Source: a virus. From it: 64,000 nucleotides of DNA. The notes under the pieces were generated by a model. That model was not told the DNA's origin. It saw only the letters and a list, made by a program, of their open reading frames with translations, and did no database searches. Below, piece by piece: positions 48,902 through 57,264 of this stretch (position 1 is the first letter of the stretch; every line of letters begins with the position of its first letter). Location: IMG/VR virus record IMGVR_UViG_3300025870_000010, positions 1 through 64,000 of that record; one strand, written 5' to 3'. The position numbers and the translations under genes are program-made.

Positions 48902-50410
48902 TTATTTACGGTTTTGTTTTATTTCATGTGCTATTTTTGCACATAATTTTGAACGATATTGATTTTTCTTTCTATTTGCATACAATTCATCATATACTCC
49001 TTTCAATGTCGATTTTCCTTTTTTGAATATACAACCGGATACTGAAATGACCTCATCGTTTTTAGGTCTTTCTATTTCAATAGATAATGGTTTATACTTA
49101 CTATAATATTTTAGGTCATTTGTTTCTTTTCTATCAAAGTTTTCAAAACCTAATTCTAAGAAACGAGAAATAGATGGATACAGTGAACTAAAATCATAAC
49201 AAGCAGTTAAAGTATGCAAACCAGCAATTGGTGATTTTACAAAGGCTCCCTCGTACCATTCCTTTTGTCTTTGAGATATATCAATAATCGGCATAACTTT
49301 TGATTTTGAAGTATAAGCCTTAGACATGTATCCTTCGGTAACGTTTACAGCAGAATCCGCTTTGTCTATTGGATTACAAGAACCATTTCCTTGTGCCAAG
49401 ATTGCAGAAAATGGTCGTCTTTTTTCGTGGATCAACAAAACAAGAATAGTATCGACAGCATTATAAAGACAATATGTATCATAATCCTTTGCGTACATTT
49501 CTTTTAAGACATCACCATTCATTACTGGATAGTTTCCGTATTTCAACTTTTTTACCTTTAATACTTTCGAAGATACAAAATCTAAAGATTTAGATTCTTT
49601 TACTTTTATACTTCTATCGAATGCATCAAAATAATACATATAGTCAACAACCGCAAAGTGATGCGGAACTTTACCTACATCTTTTTTGTTATTCAATTTG
49701 TTGGTAGGAGAAATAGATTTATAATCAACTTTAAGGTTATCCATTCTTTTAGTTAAGAAAGGCCAATCAAATCCGTTGTCATTTGCCCAATTTGCTCTGA
49801 ACGTATTTATAAAGTTCCATCCTGTTATGACAGGAAACTTTGAACATATCTTTACAAACGATTCTAAAAGTTTTACTTCATCAGGAATATGAACATATTT
49901 CATTACAATTTTCAAATCAGTTACCTTAACAAAATAATCCGATAAGAATTCATTCATTTTCTTTTGCTTATCGTAATCGAAATTTTCTTTTTCTCCTAAT
50001 ATAACAACTTGAATTTTATTATTGTCATCTTTCCAACAAACTGTTATTGCAGTTATTTTTTCCTTAGCTAAAGTTACATCAGGGAATCCTTCGTGAATAT
50101 CTGTTTCAATATCACAAAATAAAATCTTAGGCATATTAAATTCATACAATATGTTTTTATATTCGGGTTGCGTATTGATCCATTCCCAGATACTTTTTTT
50201 GTCTATTGTATCATTATCTTTGTAAGAAATTCTTACAACTCTTTTGTCATCCCAAGATTTGTGTTTGATGTCAGCATTAGGACCTTCATAGTATCTCCAT
50301 TTCCAGAAATCTCTTTTTTTAACAGACAAAATTTGTCTATTTCTATCAGAATCTATATATGAAATTTTAACAGTATCTGAATACTTGTTTTGTTCTATGT
50401 CTAATATCAT
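48902..50410 (-). CDS. family B DNA polymerase, N-terminal half (gp43A: 3'-5' exonuclease plus motif A)
   Basis: ExoI FCDIET, ExoII TGWN..FDWPF, SLDFV, ExoIII YNAVD, YEGAFV, motif A YDFSSLYPS; ends in the first fingers helix. Confidence 0.93.
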   Translation of the reverse strand: MILDIEQNKYSDTVKISYIDSDRNRQILSVKKRDFWKWRYYEGPNADIKHKSWDDKRVVRISYKDNDTIDKKSIWEWINTQPEYKNILYEFNMPKILFCDIETDIHEGFPDVTLAKEKITAITVCWKDDNNKIQVVILGEKENFDYDKQKKMNEFLSDYFVKVTDLKIVMKYVHIPDEVKLLESFVKICSKFPVITGWNFINTFRANWANDNGFDWPFLTKRMDNLKVDYKSISPTNKLNNKKDVGKVPHHFAVVDYMYYFDAFDRSIKVKESKSLDFVSSKVLKVKKLKYGNYPVMNGDVLKEMYAKDYDTYCLYNAVDTILVLLIHEKRRPFSAILAQGNGSCNPIDKADSAVNVTEGYMSKAYTSKSKVMPIIDISQRQKEWYEGAFVKSPIAGLHTLTACYDFSSLYPSISRFLELGFENFDRKETNDLKYYSKYKPLSIEIERPKNDEVISVSGCIFKKGKSTLKGVYDELYANRKKNQYRSKLCAKIAHEIKQNRK

Positions 50411-50658
50411 TTATCGTTTTCTTTTTCCTGTTCTTTAGTTTCAGTATCACTTAAAATGCCAGCCGAATCACATAGCGTAATTATAAATTCTACTGTATCT
50501 TCGTGCAATTCGATAGTAACTTTCCCATTCTTTTTAAATCCTACTTTATTTTTCTGTGCATGTATCTCATTTTTAAGTGTTCCGAAAACATCAATAAACG
50601 AATTCACATCGTCATTGGTTAATTGTAAATCTAAAATATTACTAATTCTTAGTTCCAT
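50407..50658 (-). CDS. hypothetical protein
   Basis: 83 aa, translationally coupled to the polymerase N-half. Confidence 0.6.
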   Translation of the reverse strand: MELRISNILDLQLTNDDVNSFIDVFGTLKNEIHAQKNKVGFKKNGKVTIELHEDTVEFIITLCDSAGILSDTETKEQEKENDK

Positions 50659-50676
50659 AAAAAATATTTGCTTTTA

Positions 50677-50689
50677 TATACTTATTAAA
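50677..50689 (-). promoter_or_regulatory. candidate middle-promoter motif TTTAATAAGTATA
   Basis: Identical to 42071-42083; overlaps a plus-strand ATTAAATAA late motif for the divergent GT gene. Confidence 0.5.
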
Positions 50690-50727
50690 TAAGAAAGAAA
50701 GAAGTTTTATTTTAAAGAATTTAAACA

Positions 50728-51570
50728 ATGTCAGAAAAACCTGCAAAACCAATTGATGTTGATGTCATCATAATATCTTGGGCAAAAAACAAAGAACTAT
50801 TTCAAGAAACAACAAAGTGTTTACAAACCTTATTTGATAGTGAAGACTGTTCTTTAATACGTTTTAATGCAATTGTGGTTGAAACCGACACAGAAACATC
50901 TTTTGATGAATTCGAAACAAAAGGACATACTATAAAAACAATTCATCCGAAAGTATCACACCCAGATTTAGAATTCGGATATCATACCTACTTAAATTTA
51001 GGATTAGAACAAGGAAATGCCGAATGGACTTGTTTGTGCAATAACGATTTAGATTTCAAGAAAAATTGGGCATTGAAAATACTTCAAGTTATTTTTAGTC
51101 AAAGAAACATAGATGAGAAACAATGGGAATATGTTTCAGCGTGTCCTGCAAATCCAAAAGAACAATGGCATAAAGAAAAATTAGACAAAATAGAATTAGG
51201 ATATGGTGTTCGTCAACATGTTGCTGGTTGGTGTTTATTTCAATCAAGAAATGTTTTTGAAAAGTTCGGTAAATTAGAAGAACGAATAAAATTTTGGTTT
51301 TGTGATAATTGGTATTCGGTTGCTTGTCAATGGTACAAGATACCTCACATTTTTGTAGGAACTTCAATTGTAGAACATCACAGTGGTTTAGAGGGAACAA
51401 CTACAATTCAAAGTCAAATGGAAAAAGATAAAAAGCACAAATTGACATATGGTGCTGGCGATGAGTTCAGAAAAATTGCCAGAGAATTAATGAATAATGA
51501 AACTTGGGGTGTGTTAGACAAAAAGCAACAAAAAGAATTTGAAGAAAAGACCGGTAAGAAATACTATTAA
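50728..51570 (+). CDS. family 2 glycosyltransferase
   Basis: DVIIIS, IVVET, LNLG, LCNNDL, GWCLF, FWFCDN, VEH. Confidence 0.85.
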   Translation: MSEKPAKPIDVDVIIISWAKNKELFQETTKCLQTLFDSEDCSLIRFNAIVVETDTETSFDEFETKGHTIKTIHPKVSHPDLEFGYHTYLNLGLEQGNAEWTCLCNNDLDFKKNWALKILQVIFSQRNIDEKQWEYVSACPANPKEQWHKEKLDKIELGYGVRQHVAGWCLFQSRNVFEKFGKLEERIKFWFCDNWYSVACQWYKIPHIFVGTSIVEHHSGLEGTTTIQSQMEKDKKHKLTYGAGDEFRKIARELMNNETWGVLDKKQQKEFEEKTGKKYY

Positions 51571-51571
51571 C

Positions 51572-51603
51572 AAAAAAGGGAATCGAAATGATTCCCTTTT
51601 TTT
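51572..51603. terminator. bidirectional terminator
   Basis: aaaaaagggaatc-gaaat-gattccctttttt. Confidence 0.85.
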
Positions 51604-51694
51604 ATTTGATTATTATTACATCACCACTTTCTGTGATTATATAAGTTCCGTTTGAAGAACTTATTAGATTTCCTTTCCAATGATTACTTTGCAT
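51602..51694 (-). CDS. 30-aa micro-ORF, or frameshifted C-terminus of the upstream polyprotein
   Basis: MQSNHWKGNLISSSNGTYIITESGDVIIIK; stop abuts the terminator. Confidence 0.4.
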   Translation of the reverse strand: MQSNHWKGNLISSSNGTYIITESGDVIIIK

Positions 51695-54215
51695 ATATAT
51701 TTCCTTTAAAGTATTTACAGTATTCGATATGATTAACTTTCAAGAAACCTTCAACTAACTTTTCTATTGCGTAGTCATTCAATCCTTCCATCATTAAGAA
51801 AGGTTTTAGATGTCTTTTGATGAATTTACTTTCAAGTAAAGTAGTTTCGAATTTATCAAAATCTAATATAGATTCAGATATTTTAGAATTGAATTCAAAG
51901 TCTTTAAATTTTTGTAGTTTACTTTCAGAAATTTTTGATAAGAAAGGAATAAATTCTTTTTCGTCATTTTCTAATTCTAAAGTTCCATTTCTAAACATCA
52001 AAATCTTTTCGAAAATTTTAACATTAGATTTTGTCAAAGACTGATTGTGTAGTTTTTCATCAAAAGATTCTTTCATATATTGGTCGTGATACATAGTCAA
52101 TTCATATGTATTTCCATCAACCCCTCTATTATAAATAGAAATGTGTAAGTTTCCTATTGGTTTACCGTTTTTGTCTTGAATAGTAATAGTTTTACTTTGT
52201 GTCTTACCTTTCTTTGGTTTAAAGAATGCATCACCGAATGCAGCAAAGAATTCTTGTTGGTCAAATTTATAACCAGCATCTTCTATATAGTCAGTAATTA
52301 CATTTAACGTTTCGCCATAACCGGCTAAATACGTTGGGTAGTCTTGTTTGAATTTTATTTTAGGTAATCTTCCTTCATTTATGATATTATCTCCTTTGAT
52401 TTTATCACCATTTTCAAGTGCATAAGTCCCATCATCATCTCTAGTAACAACTAGTTTAACAATACCTGATTTTTCTTTTCCATTAACGGTGTACTTTACA
52501 GTATCACCAACCGATATGTAACCTTTTTTTCCTTCGTTCATATTTTCTTGTAAATTTTTAGGTAAAGGAATTGTTTGTCTGATTCGTTCTTTTCGAGGAC
52601 TATTCCAATATACATCTTCAGGTATTTCATATTCTATATATATAACATCTTGAATATAATCCACTGCAATTCCTTTTATAGATTTTACTATTTCAGTTTT
52701 CTCTTCTTTTCGATAATTCCAATATTTTTTTCTAAGATATTCTTCGACATAATCATAAATTTGAGGTGTTGCTTGTTCAATATCTTCTTTATCTAAGTAC
52801 TTTTTAATAGACTTAACTGCGTTTTTAAAGTTAAACTTTTCATTCAATTCAGATTCGTTCATATTTATGGCATTTTGCATATTCATTGATAATCTGATAA
52901 TATCGGCATAATCTTTATAAGTCAATCCGTAATATTCGTTATTTTCTTTAGTACCAATATCGAACATTTCTTTTGCTTGTTTTTCTATATTACCACTTTT
53001 GATTCTATATGTTCCCTTTCTTTTACCAGAATCCATAAATCTCATTTCGTCAGTATAATGTGGGTCTGTTGACCAACCAGAACTCTGGTCTACTTCAATA
53101 GAAAAATGAACTTCATCGTCATTTTGGTAAACAGTCCAACCGTTTCCAGATTGATAGGTTTTACCTTTTTTATATTTGATTGCTTCTTCTAAAGATAGTA
53201 TATCGGCTTGTTCCATTAATTGGTCATTATCAAATCTTACAGCTGGTGTTGCGCCCCGACCATAATTACTAATTTTTGACTCAATACCAAAAATATCTTT
53301 CAACATTGTTACCACTGTAGAACCTTTCTTTTTATCTTTCAATTGAAAGTAAGTTACTCGGTCATTTGGTTGTGATATTATTTGACTTACATAGAGACTT
53401 AACTCTTTAGAAATATCTAATGCTGAGTCACCTGATAATTGTCCTTTAAAGTTTGATTCGTCTATATTGTGTATTTCGTTTAATTCATAATCTAAAATAG
53501 ATTCAACTATTAATGCATCAGAAAATAAATCTTCACCATAAGATTCTAATATATCAGAAATTGTATCAACATCTAAATCACAATCCATAACAACAGATTC
53601 AATATCAACAGATTCAGCAAGTACTGCCGTATCTTCTAATTCATCTTTAAGTTGTTTGTAGTAAGGATGAATTTGTTTAGGTGTAAATTTTTTGAATTTC
53701 TTTTCGTCACCATCTATGATTGCTTGTCTAACTTCGGTTCCTGATGTTAATCTTCCTTTTAATTCTTGAATTGCAAAATCAGGATGCGTAGTAATGTTTT
53801 TCATTCTTTTTGCCATTCCTGTATATGTTTTTGCTCTATCTTCTCCGGCACCAATTAGCACTGGATTGTATCCTCTTCGTTGTGTTTCCATTATAACAAC
53901 CGGAATAAATGATCCAGTCATACTCCAAGCATCCTTAACTAAGTCTTGACCTTTTGCGATATCTTCCATATAGTTGATAGTCAAATTATCACTGAACTTT
54001 GAGTTCTTACCACTTTTACTTCTAATATAGATATAAACGGATGGTAATCCGTTAATTTTATATAGTTCTTTGGCCATACCTAAATGACCAATAGTTAGTG
54101 GTTGGTAGCGCCCGATTATTACATTAACAGGTTCTAAATGACTTTGGTCATTTTCCCCTTGCATATCTTTTAGGTCGTTAACTATGTCTTTTTTTATAAT
54201 ATCTTCTTTTGCCAT
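51684..54215 (-). CDS. HIGH-family nucleotidyltransferase (cytidyltransferase-like) fused to a multi-domain polyprotein
   Basis: IIGRYQPLTIGH, IGAGEDR, TSGTEVRQAI in the first ~190 aa; then modules separated by [LIM]xE clusters. Confidence 0.8.
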   Translation of the reverse strand: MAKEDIIKKDIVNDLKDMQGENDQSHLEPVNVIIGRYQPLTIGHLGMAKELYKINGLPSVYIYIRSKSGKNSKFSDNLTINYMEDIAKGQDLVKDAWSMTGSFIPVVIMETQRRGYNPVLIGAGEDRAKTYTGMAKRMKNITTHPDFAIQELKGRLTSGTEVRQAIIDGDEKKFKKFTPKQIHPYYKQLKDELEDTAVLAESVDIESVVMDCDLDVDTISDILESYGEDLFSDALIVESILDYELNEIHNIDESNFKGQLSGDSALDISKELSLYVSQIISQPNDRVTYFQLKDKKKGSTVVTMLKDIFGIESKISNYGRGATPAVRFDNDQLMEQADILSLEEAIKYKKGKTYQSGNGWTVYQNDDEVHFSIEVDQSSGWSTDPHYTDEMRFMDSGKRKGTYRIKSGNIEKQAKEMFDIGTKENNEYYGLTYKDYADIIRLSMNMQNAINMNESELNEKFNFKNAVKSIKKYLDKEDIEQATPQIYDYVEEYLRKKYWNYRKEEKTEIVKSIKGIAVDYIQDVIYIEYEIPEDVYWNSPRKERIRQTIPLPKNLQENMNEGKKGYISVGDTVKYTVNGKEKSGIVKLVVTRDDDGTYALENGDKIKGDNIINEGRLPKIKFKQDYPTYLAGYGETLNVITDYIEDAGYKFDQQEFFAAFGDAFFKPKKGKTQSKTITIQDKNGKPIGNLHISIYNRGVDGNTYELTMYHDQYMKESFDEKLHNQSLTKSNVKIFEKILMFRNGTLELENDEKEFIPFLSKISESKLQKFKDFEFNSKISESILDFDKFETTLLESKFIKRHLKPFLMMEGLNDYAIEKLVEGFLKVNHIEYCKYFKGNIYAK

Positions 54216-54238
54216 GGGTATTTTAAATTATGTTTGAC

Positions 54239-54257
54239 TTATTTAATGATTAAATAA
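54239..54257. promoter_or_regulatory. back-to-back bidirectional late promoter
   Basis: Perfect inverted repeat ttatttaat-g-attaaataa between divergent genes. Confidence 0.7.
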
Positions 54258-54315
54258 AGAAAGGTAATCATAGGAACGCCAATTCCTCCTACCTTTCTTT
54301 AAAATAAATAAACTT

Positions 54316-55149
54316 ATGATATTTAATCCAAACAATTGGTATGACATTCCAGGATATAATGGAAAGTACCAAATCAATACAATAGGACAAGTCAAATCAA
54401 ACACAGCAAAATCAAAAGGAAAACTTTTAAATATAACTGAAAACAATGGTTATAATCGTGTTAAATTAGAATCTACAATATTTCAACTACATAGAATAGT
54501 TGCATTAACATTTTTACAAAACCCTAATAATTTAGAACAAGTTAATCACATAGATGGTGATAAATCAAACAATACCCTTGAAAACTTAGAATGGATTTGT
54601 CGTTCAGATAACCAAAAACACGCATACGAAACAAGATTAAGAACACCAACGAAAGGTAGGAAATCTCCTCAAAGTAAAACTATTCAAAAAATTGTTGATG
54701 GAATTGTTGTTGCAAAATATACATCCACTTCTAATGCTAGCAAAGAATTAGGATTAAGTCAATCACTTATATCAATGATAATTTCTGGTAAAAGGAATCA
54801 ACGAAAAGAATACACATTAAAACATAAAAAAGTTGATAACTGTATAGAAAACCTACCTAATGAAATATGGAAACCTGTTAATAAAAAAGGATTTGAAGAT
54901 TACAAAGTTAGTAATATGGGTAGAATCATAGGATTGGATGGGAAATTAAAAACACTATTCAATAAAAGATATTTGACTGTTAGAATGAGGGATAAATCTT
55001 TTTTAGTTCATAGATTAGTGGCAGAAACCTTTATACCTACCCTTGACGAATCGTTAGTTGTGAATCACGAAGACGAAAACAAACACAATGCGTGTTTAGA
55101 AAATTTAGAATGGGTTTCACAATCTTATAATGTGATATATAGTCTTTAA
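54316..55149 (+). mobile_element. free-standing HNH homing endonuclease with two NUMOD4-HNH units
   Basis: WYDIPGYNGKYQIN..HRIVA..VNHIDGDKSNN..NLEW; central HTH; WKPV..YKVSNMGR..HRLVA..VNHEDENKHN..NLEW. Confidence 0.92.
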
Positions 55150-55165
55150 AAAAGAAAAGGACTAC

Positions 55166-55636
55166 TTATAATGTATTCCTTTTTTCTAACTTATTTTTAT
55201 ATAAAAGAACTTGGAAATGAAAACAACAAAGAACAACTATACTAATCAATTCCCCTAAAAGAATACTATATGGATATGCTACGATTGATAAAATATATAA
55301 GTACCTATAAATTACAAATCTTTTATTAGTGAATATGCAATACATACAAGAAAAATAAAAACAAATTGCAAAAATGTTGTGTGCTATTTGAAATTCATAC
55401 CAATTAAAACTTGTTAATAACAGCAAGAAAAAGCTCGGAATTTTCCAATTCTTTAACGAAAAGAAAAAATATGAACATATTATATTTGAAACAATGAATA
55501 AGGGTTGATAGGGTGTTCCCCAGTATTGAGATAGTGAATCAAGTATTCCACTGCTTAAAATCATAACAGCCGGAGAAATTAAACATAAGAAAATTGTTAT
55601 TAGTTTTACGTTAAATTCCTTTATCACTTTAGTCAC
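55166..55636 (-). CDS. multi-TM membrane protein
   Basis: Strongly hydrophobic, SLSQYW motif; start codon uncertain. Confidence 0.6.
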   Translation of the reverse strand: MTKVIKEFNVKLITIFLCLISPAVMILSSGILDSLSQYWGTPYQPLFIVSNIICSYFFFSLKNWKIPSFFLLLLTSFNWYEFQIAHNIFAICFYFSCMYCIFTNKRFVIYRYLYILSIVAYPYSILLGELISIVVLCCFHFQVLLYKNKLEKRNTL

Positions 55637-55664
55637 TTTATGTTGTCTTTTTATTATTTAATGC

Positions 55665-55691
55665 AAAAAAAGACTACAAAATGTAGTCTTT
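55665..55691 (-). terminator. rho-independent terminator
   Basis: aaagactac-aaaat-gtagtcttt. Confidence 0.75.
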
Positions 55692-55725
55692 AAATTTTAT
55701 TAGTTCGATGATACTTTTTATTATA

Positions 55726-56004
55726 TTAAGATAGACCGTTTTGTTTTCTTGCTAATTGAAGCATTTCTTTATGTTCAAATTTAGTATTGATCTCAACAAC
55801 AGTACCGTCTTCGAAAATTGCGCTTCTAAGGGTTAATTTAACAATCTTTCCTTTTCCTTCAGTTTTTTCAACTACTTCGTCAACTTTAACTTCGTCAACT
55901 TTAACTTCGTCAACTTTAACTTCGTCAACTTTAACTTCGTCAACTTTAACTTCGTCAACAACTTTAACTTCTTTTTCTACGTTTTCTTTTTTATCTTTAG
56001 CCAT
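55726..56004 (-). CDS. small late protein with (VKVDE)5 repeat
   Basis: Late promoter at 56027-56035; pentapeptide repeat. Confidence 0.65.
   Translation of the reverse strand: MAKDKKENVEKEVKVVDEVKVDEVKVDEVKVDEVKVDEVKVDEVVEKTEGKGKIVKLTLRSAIFEDGTVVEINTKFEHKEMLQLARKQNGLS
55874..55959. repeat. 15-bp perfect tandem repeat, five copies plus a partial
   Basis: acttcgtcaacttta. Confidence 0.95.
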
Positions 56005-56042
56005 AATAATGTATTTTTTTATAGTATATTTAATCTAATTTT

Positions 56043-57245
56043 TCACAAAGTCTTTTTCCAATCGTTGAACGATAAAAAGGATTCATTAATCTTTGATGTT
56101 ATATCTTTAATTTTACTAACAACTAAATTTATTTGATTTTTTAAATTATCATCAATCCTTTTTGTTTTTCTCTTTTTTAGTTTCCTAAAACTAGATAGTA
56201 AAATTTTAAATATTTCTTCAGAATCTTTATTTTTCTTTACAAAATCTACAACATCTTTACTTTTAATCATTTTTGTATTCAATGCAAATTCAGGTGCTTT
56301 TGCAAAATCTGGTTTTTTAATGTTAAGTCCTTTTAAGAAAGTTGAGTTTTCATCAATGAATCTTTTTATTACTCTAGTCATTAAGTCTAAATACTTTTCA
56401 TCTTCATTTGGACCATCTGCAATAAAATCTTTGAATACATCATTTTCTTCTACCCAACCAATAAATGAATACAAGACTAATCCGAATTCGTCATTAGTAT
56501 CTTGTTGATTAACTCTTGCGTGTGCTTTATCTCTTGCCATTTGCGTAAACATTGGATCAACTACCTTTGCTAAATATTCACCATCGTTGAATTTAAAAAC
56601 TAAACCTTCAATCGGTTTGTCTAATGTATTATTCAATGCAGTTTTCTTTAACTTAGGGTCTAAGATAGAAACAATAAACTTAGTAAAAGATGAGGTATTA
56701 AATTCTTTTACTAAATCTTCAAAAGGTGTTTTCAAAAAGTCTTCTAATTGTTCTTTTTGTAATTTACTCAATGCACCATCAAAAATTATAAAAGGTTCTT
56801 CTACATCGAAATACTTTGACCATTTTTTTAAAGTTTTCGGGTCGTCAATAAATTTAGTAACCTTACCTTTGTCATTCATTTCTTTCATATGAGTTAAGAC
56901 TAATCCATTTTTTGGTAGTCTATCATATGCAATCGAAACTGGTTTAGTATTTTGAAAATATTCAAAACCAAATCTTAAATTATCAGGTAATTTTTTAGAA
57001 CCTACTACATTTTGTATATATTCAATTGGTGGTTCATAAAGGGACATTATAGTTCTATCCAATTTAGTTATTGGTTGTCTATCATCTCTTTTAAAAAAAT
57101 CCATAGTACCATTTGAATTTTGTTGTGCTGAAAAAACAGAACCATCTGGTTTTTCAGAAACTACTAATTTCTTATTGAAAAGGTTATTTATAAATTCTGA
57201 ACCTTGTTTACTATAAATATCGAATAGGTGTTGTAATCCTGCCAT
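56043..57245 (-). CDS. RNA-ligase/capping-enzyme superfamily nucleotidyltransferase
   Basis: Motif I EKPDG, III FGFEYF, IV IEGLVFK, V LAKVV; start set at ATG 57245 (MAGLQH). Confidence 0.72.
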   Translation of the reverse strand: MAGLQHLFDIYSKQGSEFINNLFNKKLVVSEKPDGSVFSAQQNSNGTMDFFKRDDRQPITKLDRTIMSLYEPPIEYIQNVVGSKKLPDNLRFGFEYFQNTKPVSIAYDRLPKNGLVLTHMKEMNDKGKVTKFIDDPKTLKKWSKYFDVEEPFIIFDGALSKLQKEQLEDFLKTPFEDLVKEFNTSSFTKFIVSILDPKLKKTALNNTLDKPIEGLVFKFNDGEYLAKVVDPMFTQMARDKAHARVNQQDTNDEFGLVLYSFIGWVEENDVFKDFIADGPNEDEKYLDLMTRVIKRFIDENSTFLKGLNIKKPDFAKAPEFALNTKMIKSKDVVDFVKKNKDSEEIFKILLSSFRKLKKRKTKRIDDNLKNQINLVVSKIKDITSKINESFLSFNDWKKTL

Positions 57246-57264
57246 GGTATATCTTTTTTTAAAT

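Noticed and set aside
46862-50410. Intein or group I intron explaining the polymerase split
   Set aside because: No splice-junction residues or intron-like non-coding sequence; the gap is filled by an ordinary ORF
55874-55959. CRISPR-like array
   Set aside because: Units are directly tandem without spacers and encode an in-frame peptide repeat
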